Shown here in pieces: positions 50,626-60,861 of a stretch of 64,000 nt of DNA. Under the pieces are notes generated by a model, which worked only from the letters and a program-made list of their open reading frames with translations, was not told the DNA's origin and did not search any database. The position numbers and the translations under genes were made by a program. Origin of the DNA: Candidatus Bathyarchaeia archaeon (GTDB taxonomy: Archaea > Thermoproteota > Bathyarchaeia > 40CM-2-53-6); NCBI GenBank assembly GCA_050013255.1, contig JBEKFP010000001.1:1056001-1120000 (forward strand), read 5' to 3'. Positions within the stretch are counted from its first letter, which is position 1; each line of letters opens with the position of its first letter.

Positions 50626-51342
50626 CTATCTATTCCAACCGCGCCTTCCCCTCATAGGCACGAAGGCAACTCCTCCCATGCTTTCACGCGAAAAGCCGCC
50701 GTTCTTGTTCTTCCTTATCCTCATTAGTTCCTGGTAGAACTGAGGCCCGCCCACGGGAATGAGAAGAATGCCCCCGGGTTTAACCTGGTCTGTGAGTTCG
50801 GACGGGATCTCGGGGGCCGCACTAGTCACTATGATTAAGTCGAACGGTGCTTGGCCTTTCAAACCTTCAGAGGCATCTGTTTCTATGAAGGTCACTTTAG
50901 CAGCGTATCCAAGGCGTTCAACATTCCTCTTCCCAAACTCTGCCAACTGTGGCACAATCTCCGCCGACCACACATGCCCCCAGGTCTCCTTCGGTTGTTC
51001 CGAAGGTGCGACCACTTCGGCGTAAACGCAGCTCATGTAGCCGCAACCGCCACCCACCTCCAAGACACGCTGGCCCAATGTCATTTCGCCAAATTCGCAA
51101 AATAGGGCGGTCATGTGGAGAGCGCTGGTCGTCTGGCCGTACCCAATGGGGATAGGAGAATCGGTGTAGGCATATGATCTAACCTCATGGGGTAGGAATT
51201 CCTCGCGTGGAACCTTGCTCATTGCCCTAATTATTTCCGGGTTCCGGAGAATCCTCTCATGCCTGAGGTCGTCAACAGCTTGCCGCCTTAACTCGGCGAA
51301 GTCCGTCAATTGTTTCGTGTCGTAACCACCGGAACGAGCCAA
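50626..51342 (-). CDS. pcm: Protein-L-isoaspartate O-methyltransferase
   Basis: VPREEF..AY.DSPIPIG.GQT.SA.HM, VLEVGGG.GY, APFD.I, FVPM; start likely TTG 51342. Confidence 0.9.
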   Translation of the reverse strand: MARSGGYDTKQLTDFAELRRQAVDDLRHERILRNPEIIRAMSKVPREEFLPHEVRSYAYTDSPIPIGYGQTTSALHMTALFCEFGEMTLGQRVLEVGGGCGYMSCVYAEVVAPSEQPKETWGHVWSAEIVPQLAEFGKRNVERLGYAAKVTFIETDASEGLKGQAPFDLIIVTSAAPEIPSELTDQVKPGGILLIPVGGPQFYQELMRIRKNKNGGFSRESMGGVAFVPMRGRRGWNR

Positions 51343-51383
51343 TAAAGATTCAAAGGATTGTTTCCAATCGTTCTTGGGCCCCT

Positions 51384-51809
51384 TTGAGAAGTGTTGAGGT
51401 ACTATTTGCGCAAGGACATCCAAACGTAATGGCTACGCACCCAACCACCTTCGAAATCACAAAAGACACGGAGCTGACACGCCGCGGGAATTGTGTCATC
51501 GGCGTCAACGCTAACAAGGGCCCACTCGACTTATCAGATAATTTCAAGGAGCTGTGTAAACATGATGAATCCACAATACGAGTCGAACTTGAAGCGGCCG
51601 GAATCACTGAGTCCATCGAGGGAAACGGTAGCCCCAAACTTTCATTCAACCATCAAACGGAGTTAGTTGGTAGAAAGTCATCTTATGTTTCGAGTCGCAC
51701 CATTATGCTTAGAGCTGATAAAGCTGCAAACGACCTTAACAGGGAACTTATCGATGCTCTGACTCGTTCGGATAGAAGATTGTTGGTACGTATTATCGTG
51801 GAGCTCTAG
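51384..51809 (+). CDS. DUF371 family protein
   Basis: A.GHPNV.ATH.TTFEITKD..LT.RG.C.IGV, RKS.Y..RT..ADKAA.DL. Confidence 0.9.
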   Translation: MRSVEVLFAQGHPNVMATHPTTFEITKDTELTRRGNCVIGVNANKGPLDLSDNFKELCKHDESTIRVELEAAGITESIEGNGSPKLSFNHQTELVGRKSSYVSSRTIMLRADKAANDLNRELIDALTRSDRRLLVRIIVEL

Positions 51810-52875
51810 CGCTCAAGAGCGCATCAATAGCCACCTGAACTCGGTTTGGTGCAACTTCTTTGATCACCTTACAGAAACGCACCGATTTTATCCGCCTATT
51901 CTGTGCTTCCACAGTCGACCGGAATGAGCTAAGGACCGAATCTATGCTTTCGTCTCGCTGCGCGAACGCGTAGAAGTGGACCATACCCCCCTCGTCCTTG
52001 AGTATCTGAGAAGCGGCAGGAAGGTAATTCACAGCTTCAGAAGGAAGGTTCATAATAACGCGGTTAGCGAGTCCGCGCAAATCTTTTCCCACTAGCTCTT
52101 TCACGTCACCGTACATTGGAATTACCCGGTCGGCAACACCGTTCGCAAAGGCGTTCTCGCTAAGATACTTCACAGCCGCTGGATTAATGTCCACAGAATA
52201 GACAGTCGACTTTGGTTGGAGTTTCGCGATCAGTACGGAGTATGGGCCCACGCCAGCAAACATGTCAACAACAAACTCATCAGGCATAACCTGTTGAGCG
52301 ATTCGCATCCGCTCACGGGAAAGTCTTGGGCTAAAGTAGACCGTTGAAACGTCGAGATGGTACCGACATGAAAACTCCCGATAGAATGTTTCAGTCCCGC
52401 CAACCCCTGCCATGACTTTGAACTTTCGAGTTCTGAATGGGCCCTCAACTTGGCTAGATCTTCTTAACGCGAGTCGGATGTGGGGGTTTGTTTCTATGAT
52501 TCCTCGTCCAATAACTGCTGAGAACTGTTCCATGCTTTCGGGTAATTCGATAACGGCAATGTCCCCAATCGCGTCGAAAGACCGAGGCAATTTTGATATC
52601 AATTCATCCGGAATTTTGCCTCGAAGATATGCATCAAGTCTTCTGGGTTTCTTCTCGATTTCTCCGAAGAAGCCGCGTTGACTCCTAAAGTCACCAACTT
52701 GCACTTTCATTAGTCGGGTTTCGTTTTCTGTCAACTCACGGAGCAGGGGCACGTGGATGGCCCTATCTGTCCGAAGAAATTGGCGGCTGTTATCAACGAG
52801 CTCAAGCTCTCGCAATAGCCGGAGTCCTTTTTCCGCCATGCTCAAGGGTAAGAGTATTCCGTCTTGTTCCTTCAA
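51793..52875 (-). CDS. trm5: tRNA m1G37 methyltransferase Trm5 family
   Basis: SFDAIGDIA, YFSPRLS.ER, DMFAGVGPY, DINP, MNLP. Confidence 0.9.
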   Translation of the reverse strand: MKEQDGILLPLSMAEKGLRLLRELELVDNSRQFLRTDRAIHVPLLRELTENETRLMKVQVGDFRSQRGFFGEIEKKPRRLDAYLRGKIPDELISKLPRSFDAIGDIAVIELPESMEQFSAVIGRGIIETNPHIRLALRRSSQVEGPFRTRKFKVMAGVGGTETFYREFSCRYHLDVSTVYFSPRLSRERMRIAQQVMPDEFVVDMFAGVGPYSVLIAKLQPKSTVYSVDINPAAVKYLSENAFANGVADRVIPMYGDVKELVGKDLRGLANRVIMNLPSEAVNYLPAASQILKDEGGMVHFYAFAQRDESIDSVLSSFRSTVEAQNRRIKSVRFCKVIKEVAPNRVQVAIDALLSARAPR

Positions 52876-52977
52876 AGTTCATCCCATCCAGCTTGAGGGG
52901 TACTACCTGCGCATTGAGCTGCACAATGCTAAATACTCAAGCAGCCCACTAACAAAAACGCAAGTGAGGCTTTAGCT

Positions 52978-53319
52978 TTGGTGCAATGGCGAAGGCGGGA
53001 AGAAGTCATAGGCAAAGAAGTAGTCGATAGCGAAGCAAAGAAGTTGGGTGTTACGAAGGATTTCGCATGGTCATCTGACGGCCGGCTAGCGTTGGTTATT
53101 GAGGCAGGGGAGGAGGAAGAATCGTTCCTTTCCTTCGACGACATAGAAAAGATCGGTGATGTTGTCTTCGTGAAAGCCAAGTCTGCGTTAGTGGTTGCGC
53201 CGTCAGTTATTTGCCCTGTGTGTAAGAACAAGAACTTGGTCGAAGCGAAGTTCTGCGCCAAATGTGGCCGAGTTTTGGAAAACAGGGATGAAAAGAAAGA
53301 GAGGAAACGTCCCGCTTAG
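52978..53319 (+). CDS. PRC-barrel protein with C-terminal Zn ribbon
   Basis: IGKEVVD..A..LG..KD...I.KIGDVV; CPVC..N...AKFC.KCG. Confidence 0.85.
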   Translation: MVQWRRREEVIGKEVVDSEAKKLGVTKDFAWSSDGRLALVIEAGEEEESFLSFDDIEKIGDVVFVKAKSALVVAPSVICPVCKNKNLVEAKFCAKCGRVLENRDEKKERKRPA

Positions 53320-53440
53320 CAGACCCATTGGCTATTCTATGACGCCATGCCGTGGCTTTCATCGAACTTGTCTTAGGGTAGCTTGCTTTCCATTCCACAG
53401 AGGCCATTGTTTGCTTCATATCTACTTGGAATCTCCATAG

Positions 53441-56389
53441 ATGGCAAAAACACTTTTATTCGCACCAAAGCATGCCCAGCGAGTGCCCTGGATGTCCTTA
53501 AAGAGGCCAACGGGGGATTTAAGGAGAAAAATCATCCCCGCCATCGCCTTAATGGTCGTAGTTCTGTTCTCCGGAACTGGTTACACTACGAACGTTTTCG
53601 CCCACACGGGAAACCTTTCGCCTGGTCTTTACGTTGCAGCTGTCACTCCCATACCCCAGCTCAGACTAACCGAGTGGGCTGTGCCATCAACGTCTGGTGG
53701 TCCAGTTGGAATCGGAATAGATAACTTCGGGAAAGTCTGGATAACCGAGAACGTGACTGGCAAACTCGCTAGTTTCGACCCCTCCAATAATGATTTCACT
53801 GAATGGAACACGCCTTCAACCCAAAGTCAGCCACGGAACCTGTTCATTAAAGAGGTCAGCATCTCAGGTGTTAATTATACTCAGGTTTTCTTCACAGAAT
53901 ATGCGGCGAATGCTATCGCTCGTTTCAACGTAGCCAACAACACCTTTACCGAATGGCACCTCGCGCCTGGGGGTAACCCTGTTGGAATCTACGTCGACGA
54001 GAACAATGATATCTGGTTCACCGAGTCTGGAAGAGACGCAATAGGTAGAATCCGCACTAGCAATAACAATCTAACAGAGTGGACTCTACCAGGGGCGACC
54101 ACAACTCCAGGCTCGCCACTCCTGAAACCTTGGGGCATTTACGTTCAGGTGGTTACGTCTCCGAATGCTGGAACTAACCGATTCGTATGGTTCACTGAAA
54201 CCACAGGTGACATGATTGGCCGGTTAGAGGCAACCAGTAATCGCCTGACCCTGTGGAACCTTAACACCCTAGGCGCTTCATACCAGCCGACGGACATAAC
54301 TTACGGTTCGGTAACCTCAGTTCCCTCAATAATTTTCTCAAATGCTAACGCCAATCGGATCTCGATTCTCTGGAATGACACGGGTGGAGCATTATCAACC
54401 TATAGAGACTCCCTTATCCCAACCGTTGCTTCAGGGCCGACAGGCGTAACATTCGACTCTTCTCGAAGTGCGGTATGGTTCGCAGAAATCAACGCGGGGA
54501 AAATTGCGAACTTGAACACAACAACTGTTTTCGCCCCCGTAAGCCTAACTGCGGATTACTGCACAATCCCACCACCTATAGGAGTACCCTCCTGTCCCTC
54601 TCCCGCAACAATGACTTCGAACATCTTGTCGTCGACAGTTACGGCCAATGTACCGGCGAGTTCCTCAACTGAAGCTCCTCTCCAAACCTCAAACGTAGGA
54701 ATATCTCAGGGTCCTGTGAACGGTTTTACTGAGTATAGCCTTCCGAACCAGACCGCGAGACCGGACCAAATGGCTATAGACTCAGCTGATAATCTCTGGT
54801 TTACGGAGAGTAATGCTACTGTAAACCGGATAGGGCGGCTCAGCGTTCCTTATGTTTTTCAAGTTTCTGCCTCTCCAACTTCGCAGACTGTTAACAAGGG
54901 ACAAACAGCAACTTACGATGTGAAGGTGACCTTGACCGGCGGCAGCCCACTGCCCACTCAACTTTCACTTGCGAATGTTCCTCCAAACGTAAATGCCCTG
55001 TTCAACCCACAGACTCAAAACCCACCATTTACGTCGACGCTCACTATTGCCACAACAAATGCGACGTTAACGGGAACTTACCAAATGAATGTTCAAGCCA
55101 AAAGCGGAGGCCAGAACCAGACTACCCCGATTACCCTAACAGTGCAAATCGGGCCACCGCCACCCCCACCAGCATTTGACTACAGAATCAATATGACCAG
55201 TACGACACCTGTGACAATTTCGCAGGGAGGATCAGCTTCTTTTGCCGTGGTGGTCACGCTCACGAGTGGAACTCCCAAGTCTGTAAGCCTAAACTACAGT
55301 GGCCTGCCGCCTCTCGCGACTGCTTCGTTCACCGTTCCCAGCGGGATGCCAACGTTTACTTCTGAACTTGACATCCAGACTAATGCGGATACCCCAGCCG
55401 GCTCATACCCAATAACGATTACAGGAATGTCCAGCGGTGGATCACCCCAACATCCGGCCAAGACCCCGGTTTTAGTAATTACTGAATTGTTCAGAGACTT
55501 CAACATAACCTCGCATGTCAGCCAGGTCATTTTGGTGCAGGGGTCTCGAGTCGATATCCCGATCACTGTAACCTCCGCCGGATCCTTCGACAGCACGGTG
55601 AACCTCGCCGGGTCATTCTCACCGAAGGAAGTTGGTCTAGGTGTTGGTTTCTCGCCAGCGAACTTGCAACTCCTGCCGGGAGAGGTTGGGTCAACGACCA
55701 TGGAAATTATTGCGTTCAAGGATACAACTGGAACCTACCAGCTGACAATTACTGGAACAAGCTCGAACCCATCTAGAACGCATCAAATAGTCATCAGCGT
55801 TCGCGTATCACCTTGCATTATCGCAACGGCCACGTTTGGCTCAGAGCTTGCGCCTGAAGTTCAGTTTCTACGGGGCTTCCGGGACCAACAGATAATGCAA
55901 ACATTCGCTGGCTCAAACTTCATGACGGTTTTTAATGCATGGTATTACTCCTTCAGTCCCGCAGTCGCACAATATGAGTACACGCATTCGACAACTCGGT
56001 TTATGATCAAGCAAGCACTATACCCGTTGATGGGTATCCTACACCTCGCATCCTCAACCTACGCCTTGCTCGGGTTTGAACCAGAAGCGGCTGCTTTAGT
56101 GGCTGGCATAATCGCTAGTTCCCTCATCGGGGTCGCATACCTTGGCCTCCCACTCTCAGGGGTACTTTGGCTTGAGAGAAAAAGAATCAGCGCCAAAACA
56201 AAAGGCAGAGTTGCGAAATGGATGGCCATTGCTTTTGTAACACTTTTAGCAGGGTTTGTTGTTTCAGAGTTATTCGCGATACCTGTTCTGATGATGGCTG
56301 CGAGTGCGGCGCTCGTTCTGACAGCTTTGCTGGCAGGAAGCATCGTGCCAGCGCTTGAGCTATTTGAATACGCCAAGCGTCGAGCCTAA
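53441..56389 (+). CDS. Large surface protein: Vgb-like beta-propeller, Ig-like repeats, CFI-box-CTERM
   Basis: Repeated WFTE..IG.., TEW motifs; GTY.I.I.G repeats; CIIATATFGSELAPEVQFLR.FRD..YYSFSP; C-terminal TMs. Confidence 0.85.
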   Translation: MAKTLLFAPKHAQRVPWMSLKRPTGDLRRKIIPAIALMVVVLFSGTGYTTNVFAHTGNLSPGLYVAAVTPIPQLRLTEWAVPSTSGGPVGIGIDNFGKVWITENVTGKLASFDPSNNDFTEWNTPSTQSQPRNLFIKEVSISGVNYTQVFFTEYAANAIARFNVANNTFTEWHLAPGGNPVGIYVDENNDIWFTESGRDAIGRIRTSNNNLTEWTLPGATTTPGSPLLKPWGIYVQVVTSPNAGTNRFVWFTETTGDMIGRLEATSNRLTLWNLNTLGASYQPTDITYGSVTSVPSIIFSNANANRISILWNDTGGALSTYRDSLIPTVASGPTGVTFDSSRSAVWFAEINAGKIANLNTTTVFAPVSLTADYCTIPPPIGVPSCPSPATMTSNILSSTVTANVPASSSTEAPLQTSNVGISQGPVNGFTEYSLPNQTARPDQMAIDSADNLWFTESNATVNRIGRLSVPYVFQVSASPTSQTVNKGQTATYDVKVTLTGGSPLPTQLSLANVPPNVNALFNPQTQNPPFTSTLTIATTNATLTGTYQMNVQAKSGGQNQTTPITLTVQIGPPPPPPAFDYRINMTSTTPVTISQGGSASFAVVVTLTSGTPKSVSLNYSGLPPLATASFTVPSGMPTFTSELDIQTNADTPAGSYPITITGMSSGGSPQHPAKTPVLVITELFRDFNITSHVSQVILVQGSRVDIPITVTSAGSFDSTVNLAGSFSPKEVGLGVGFSPANLQLLPGEVGSTTMEIIAFKDTTGTYQLTITGTSSNPSRTHQIVISVRVSPCIIATATFGSELAPEVQFLRGFRDQQIMQTFAGSNFMTVFNAWYYSFSPAVAQYEYTHSTTRFMIKQALYPLMGILHLASSTYALLGFEPEAAALVAGIIASSLIGVAYLGLPLSGVLWLERKRISAKTKGRVAKWMAIAFVTLLAGFVVSELFAIPVLMMAASAALVLTALLAGSIVPALELFEYAKRRA

Positions 56390-57642
56390 ACACCACTTTT
56401 TCTACGTGCTTCCGATTGCATTGCTTCTCGCATCACCATATCTGATACTTCTCGGGCGGGGATGGAGAGCACCTCAGCTATCGCACGAATATCTTCGAAT
56501 TCCGGTTTTACTCTTACAATTTTGCCGAATCCGTCCCTAGCGACTTTCATCCTCACATCAAAGATCTTGCCCGATACGTGTAATTTAATTTTTTCAATCT
56601 CCCTTTGCAAAGTGATGCGATTCCATAATTGAAATCTGACGCCGAGCGTTCCCGTTTCTTGAATCATAATCTCGGCGATCTTCTGTGCATCACGTGGTTC
56701 ACAAATCGCATGTAGAACTTGACCGGGGCGTGTCTTCTTGAACAGTGCTGGGGTAATCCAGGCATCCATTGCACCGGACTCAAGAATCCGTTGTAAGGCG
56801 TAACCTAGTGTCTCACCCGGTACGTCGTCAAGGTTTGTCTCAAGGACTTGAACCGTTTCAGACTCGAACCCTCCGGACACAGCGCGTCCAATGACGACCC
56901 TGAGTAAATTCGGTGTCTTAGCCAGCTCATTCTTGCCAGCACCATACCCTACGTTTTCGGGGACCATTGGCGGATAAGATTCGAGAAATTTCGTCGTCAA
57001 GGCGGCAAGCATAGAAACGCCTGTGGGGGTCGCAAGTTCCCCAGCTTCAGGGCCGCCGATAATTGGGATTCCACTTCGGGTAGCTATCTCCAGAACGGCT
57101 GGCGCCGGGCTTGCGACGGTTCCATGGGAAAAAGCAATTGGGCCGCCTCCAACAGCTACCGCAGATGAACATATTTCACCATCAAAAACTCCTAGGGAGT
57201 CGCAGGCAGCTGCCGCGCCGAAAATGTCCGCCAAAGTGTCTGTCGAACCGGCCTCATGCAGATGTGCCTCCGAAATCTGAACACCGTGCAGTTTACTCTC
57301 AGCTTTGGTTAGGGCTCGGATCGTAGCCCGCGCGAAAGACTTCGCTCTTTCGCTTAGGTTTGATGCATCTGCTATTGCATCAGTTGCCTGAATGAGTTCT
57401 TGGGCGGGGGTTTCTTCATCCTTCTCGGAAATTGTGAAATCCACTGAACACGATCGAAATTCATGTTTCTTGACCTCTCTGGTCACAAGGTGAAGTGACT
57501 TGCATCTGGGATAATGTTTCGGGATTAGTTCTAGGATTTCTTGAATTCTGCCGATATCCGCTCCGGCATCGATCAAAGCGGCTAACAGCATGTCTCCTGA
57601 TATGCCTGCAGTCTGACAGTCAATGAAAGTTAGCTTGGGCAA
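56386..57642 (-). CDS. larC: Nickel pincer cofactor insertase LarC family
   Basis: AGISGDM.LAAL, HLHE.G..D, SHG..PAPA, TPTG, ETNLDD, KPEFED. Confidence 0.92.
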   Translation of the reverse strand: MPKLTFIDCQTAGISGDMLLAALIDAGADIGRIQEILELIPKHYPRCKSLHLVTREVKKHEFRSCSVDFTISEKDEETPAQELIQATDAIADASNLSERAKSFARATIRALTKAESKLHGVQISEAHLHEAGSTDTLADIFGAAAACDSLGVFDGEICSSAVAVGGGPIAFSHGTVASPAPAVLEIATRSGIPIIGGPEAGELATPTGVSMLAALTTKFLESYPPMVPENVGYGAGKNELAKTPNLLRVVIGRAVSGGFESETVQVLETNLDDVPGETLGYALQRILESGAMDAWITPALFKKTRPGQVLHAICEPRDAQKIAEIMIQETGTLGVRFQLWNRITLQREIEKIKLHVSGKIFDVRMKVARDGFGKIVRVKPEFEDIRAIAEVLSIPAREVSDMVMREAMQSEARRKSGV

Positions 57643-57720
57643 GGCTTTGATTTTCCTGCATCATATCTAAATGCCCTAGAGAAATAAGTCATTGCGGTAA
57701 CCATTGAGAAGTTCAGCCAT

Positions 57721-58716
57721 TTAGATTGCCATTCGCGTTCCCACGCCACGTTTCAACGCGAGCTCGTAGACCTTGCTAGCTGTTGAGACGTCTTGGATTG
57801 CGAGCCCTAAGGATTTGAAAATAGTTATTTCATGATCACTTATTCTGCCCACTTTCTTGTTCGTTACAATCTCGCCGAGTTCAGCGTAGATTTGATCAGG
57901 GGTGATAAGGCCCTGCGAAATTGGAATCATTATGTCTCCAGCTTCTTTTAATGCGGCTTCTCTTGAATCGACGACTAATTTCGCTCGTTTTATGGATGTG
58001 GCGTCGAGTTCTCGGGTATCCGGCGTATGAGAGCCGATCGCGTTCACATGGGTCCCTTCTTCTAGCCAGTCGCCGTTCAAAGTCGGCGTTTTTGAAGTGC
58101 TGGTTGTAATGACTATGTCGGATCCCCTTACAGCCTTCTCGGCGCTATCAACCGGCGCGATTTGAATGTCAAGCTCCTTCGAGAGCTGCTTGCAGAAGAG
58201 TTCGCACCTATCGCGGGCGACGTCGTAGGCCTTTACTTTCTCCACTCTCCTGACCTTGGAGACTGCAATGATCTGGGTTCTTCCCTGAACCCCGGCGCCC
58301 AGTATTCCAACTTTCTTTGCGTCCTTTCTAGCCAAGTATTTGGCCGCAACTCCTCCCGCAGCACCCGTTCGCATAGCCGTCAGAAAAGTTCCATCCATTA
58401 TTGCAAGTAACTCACCATTCTTCGGATCTATAAGGAGGACTACGCCAAGGGTTGTTGGCAGAGCGTATCTTGAGGGGTTGTCGGGATACACGGACACTAC
58501 TTTTATTCCGATTGCACCCATTGTCTCCATGTAGGCGGGCATGAAGAGAGTTGTTCCCTTAGCCTTCTCAAGCCTGATGCCGGACCTGACAGGCATGTTT
58601 GTGGTTCCTTGCCCATGTTCCTTGAATGCTGTTTCAACGGCCTCCAGCGTGTCATCCATGGTGAGGCATGCTTCAACATCTTTTCTGGTCAGAAAGAGCG
58701 CCATTACTGACGGCAC
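57721..58716 (-). CDS. Ornithine cyclodeaminase/mu-crystallin family (archaeal AlaDH or Pyr2C reductase-like)
   Basis: MPAY..KVVSV..N, LTAMRTGAA, GAGVQ, FKSLGLAIQD. Confidence 0.9.
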   Translation of the reverse strand: MPSVMALFLTRKDVEACLTMDDTLEAVETAFKEHGQGTTNMPVRSGIRLEKAKGTTLFMPAYMETMGAIGIKVVSVYPDNPSRYALPTTLGVVLLIDPKNGELLAIMDGTFLTAMRTGAAGGVAAKYLARKDAKKVGILGAGVQGRTQIIAVSKVRRVEKVKAYDVARDRCELFCKQLSKELDIQIAPVDSAEKAVRGSDIVITTSTSKTPTLNGDWLEEGTHVNAIGSHTPDTRELDATSIKRAKLVVDSREAALKEAGDIMIPISQGLITPDQIYAELGEIVTNKKVGRISDHEITIFKSLGLAIQDVSTASKVYELALKRGVGTRMAI

Positions 58717-58762
58717 CGTTTTGCTTTTGCAAGGCTTTGCTCGATAAACCTATTTCACGAAA

Positions 58763-59152
58763 TCATTCCCTATATGCAATGGCTTCAATCTCAATGAGCA
58801 TGCCTTGTGCAGGTAGTTTAGCCTCGACGGTAGTTCTTGCTGGGGGGTCCTCGGGAAAGAACGTCTTGTAGACTTCGTTCGCCTTCTTGAAATCATCCAT
58901 GTTCTTGAGAAAAATTGATACCTTTACCACGTCGCGCATTGAAAAGCCCGAGGCCTCAACGATGCCTTTGATATTCGCTAATGTCTGACGAGTTTGAGTC
59001 TCTATTCCCTCAGCCATCTGCCCCGTCTTAGGGTCGGCTGCTCCTTGCCCGGCCACGAACAGAAGATTACCTGCTTTGACACCCTGAGAGTAAGGCCCCA
59101 AGGGCTGCGGGGCATTAGGTGTTCGAACGAGCTGCTTCAACGCACTCCCCAC
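58763..59152 (-). CDS. ridA: RidA enamine/imine deaminase
   Basis: GPYSQ, PART.V...LP..LIEIEA. Confidence 0.93.
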   Translation of the reverse strand: MGSALKQLVRTPNAPQPLGPYSQGVKAGNLLFVAGQGAADPKTGQMAEGIETQTRQTLANIKGIVEASGFSMRDVVKVSIFLKNMDDFKKANEVYKTFFPEDPPARTTVEAKLPAQGMLIEIEAIAYRE

Positions 59153-59182
59153 CTTTCAGGTTCATTTTGCCTTCTAAAGTGT

Positions 59183-59461
59183 TCATCCGGGTGGTTTAAG
59201 GCTGAAAGGCTTGCCTTCTGTGAGAACTTTTTCGGGAATCTTGCTTCTCCATTTCTCAAGGAATTTCAGATCTTCATCTCGCTCTCTTAGCTCGTCGGGA
59301 AGCATGTGCGGAATCTCGTCAATTATCGGGTAGTATCGGTTGCATTTTAAGCATGTGATTATTCCTGAGCTGATTTCTTCTTTTTCCTCGAAGACGAGCA
59401 GCTCAAGCGGATAGGATTTGTCTATTGGGCAGGCGAGTATATCCATCAATTTCCGTTTCAA
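59183..59461 (-). CDS. trm112: Trm112 family methyltransferase activator
   Basis: MKRKLMDILACP..C..C.RYYPI.DEIP.MLP. Confidence 0.9.
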   Translation of the reverse strand: MKRKLMDILACPIDKSYPLELLVFEEKEEISSGIITCLKCNRYYPIIDEIPHMLPDELRERDEDLKFLEKWRSKIPEKVLTEGKPFSLKPPG

Positions 59462-59535
59462 CGCAGGATCATCCGTGTTTTATCAACCTTTCAACTGAAA
59501 TATACCACTTTCGAGTCTCCTCCGCCGGTTGCCCA

Positions 59536-59916
59536 ATGAATCCACAGGCCCCTGATGGGTCGGAGCAGCTGTTCCGCGCGAAAGTGGTCGGTCTCATAAT
59601 CGATGGACGGGCCGAGCTTGCTTTGAAGCTCCTTTCAAAGTACTACGCAATTAGCGAACCAGCCTTGAAGGTGGGTACAGTGAAGCGGCATAGACGAGTT
59701 TTAGCTTGCTACTTGGAGAAAGAGAGGCGGATCTACTTGTCGAAGAGTGAATACATAACAAATCCCTTCGTGATCTTGCACGAGTTCTACCACCATCTCA
59801 GGTCTTCGCAGATCATGAGAAAGGGACAAGTAGAGAAACGCGCTGACCTATTCGCTACAAACTTCATTCGTGATTTCGTATCTCAACATCAGTTAACTCG
59901 CGGAGGGAACCGTTAG
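59536..59916 (+). CDS. Small HExxH zincin-like protein
   Basis: ILHEFYHH..E..AD.FA; start likely ATG 59536. Confidence 0.7.
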   Translation: MNPQAPDGSEQLFRAKVVGLIIDGRAELALKLLSKYYAISEPALKVGTVKRHRRVLACYLEKERRIYLSKSEYITNPFVILHEFYHHLRSSQIMRKGQVEKRADLFATNFIRDFVSQHQLTRGGNR

Positions 59917-60861
59917 CGTGACCGTCCGCCCCAAGATACCGGATTGAAGAATAACTTCACAGATTTCGACGGCACGTAACCCGTCCTCGGCGTTTGCACG
60001 AAATGGTTGGTCATTCAGCACAGAGGTGCAAAAATGTGCAAGTTCGGCTCGTAGAGGTTCTTTTCTTTCCAAATTCGGTTTGAAAGATGTGTTAGAATTC
60101 TCGACGAGGACTTCCTGGGTAATGTAATCCAGCAGCACGGTGGCTTCGCTTCCAGTTACGACCAGTGTGCGTGTTTTTCTGGGTGTTAACCAGTTCGCAT
60201 CAATGAAAGCTGTCCCACCGCTCTGAAATTGGAGCATAATTTCGGCATAATCTTCCTTTGTGTGTCTGATGCTGCCCGTTCTCGCGTGAACCGAACTGAC
60301 GTTATCATTGAAGACATACCTCGCCAAGTCGACATCATGGATGGCCGTGTCTCTCACAACACCAACATCACCAATCCTTTCCGGCCACCTTCCCACACGC
60401 CTTGCGAGAAAGAGCATAACCGTCCCGAGTTTTTCATCATCAAGCAAGGATTTCAGGTAATCAACCGCGGGGTTGAACCGTTCAATGTGACCGGGCATTA
60501 ACCTGAGGCTCTCTCGTTTTGCAAGGGAGAGTAGTTCACGAGCTTCCGCAACTGTGTTTGTCATCGGTTTCTCGACGAGGGCATGCTTCCCCGCCAACAA
60601 GGCCTGTGTTGCGATTTGCTTGTGGGTTGTGGTTGGGGTGCAAACCGTTACGGCGTCTAGGTCTTTGCGTGAGAGTACTTCGTCGAGGTGCGTAGAGTAA
60701 GGTACTTTGAATTCTGCTCCCACACTCTTTGCGCTGGCTTCGTTGATGTCGCAGACGCAGACGAGTTCCGCAACGTCCAACTGAGATAGCACGCGCGCCT
60801 GGTTTTTTCCCCAGAAACCTGTCCCGATAACTGCTGTCCTAAGCTTCTTCAACGTGTCCAC
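59893..60861 (-). CDS. Gfo/Idh/MocA oxidoreductase (UDP-GlcNAc(A) 3-dehydrogenase-like)
   Basis: IGTGFWG, EKP, GHIERFNP, D.AIHD.D, EPL..EL. Confidence 0.88.
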   Translation of the reverse strand: MDTLKKLRTAVIGTGFWGKNQARVLSQLDVAELVCVCDINEASAKSVGAEFKVPYSTHLDEVLSRKDLDAVTVCTPTTTHKQIATQALLAGKHALVEKPMTNTVAEARELLSLAKRESLRLMPGHIERFNPAVDYLKSLLDDEKLGTVMLFLARRVGRWPERIGDVGVVRDTAIHDVDLARYVFNDNVSSVHARTGSIRHTKEDYAEIMLQFQSGGTAFIDANWLTPRKTRTLVVTGSEATVLLDYITQEVLVENSNTSFKPNLERKEPLRAELAHFCTSVLNDQPFRANAEDGLRAVEICEVILQSGILGRTVTLTVPSAS

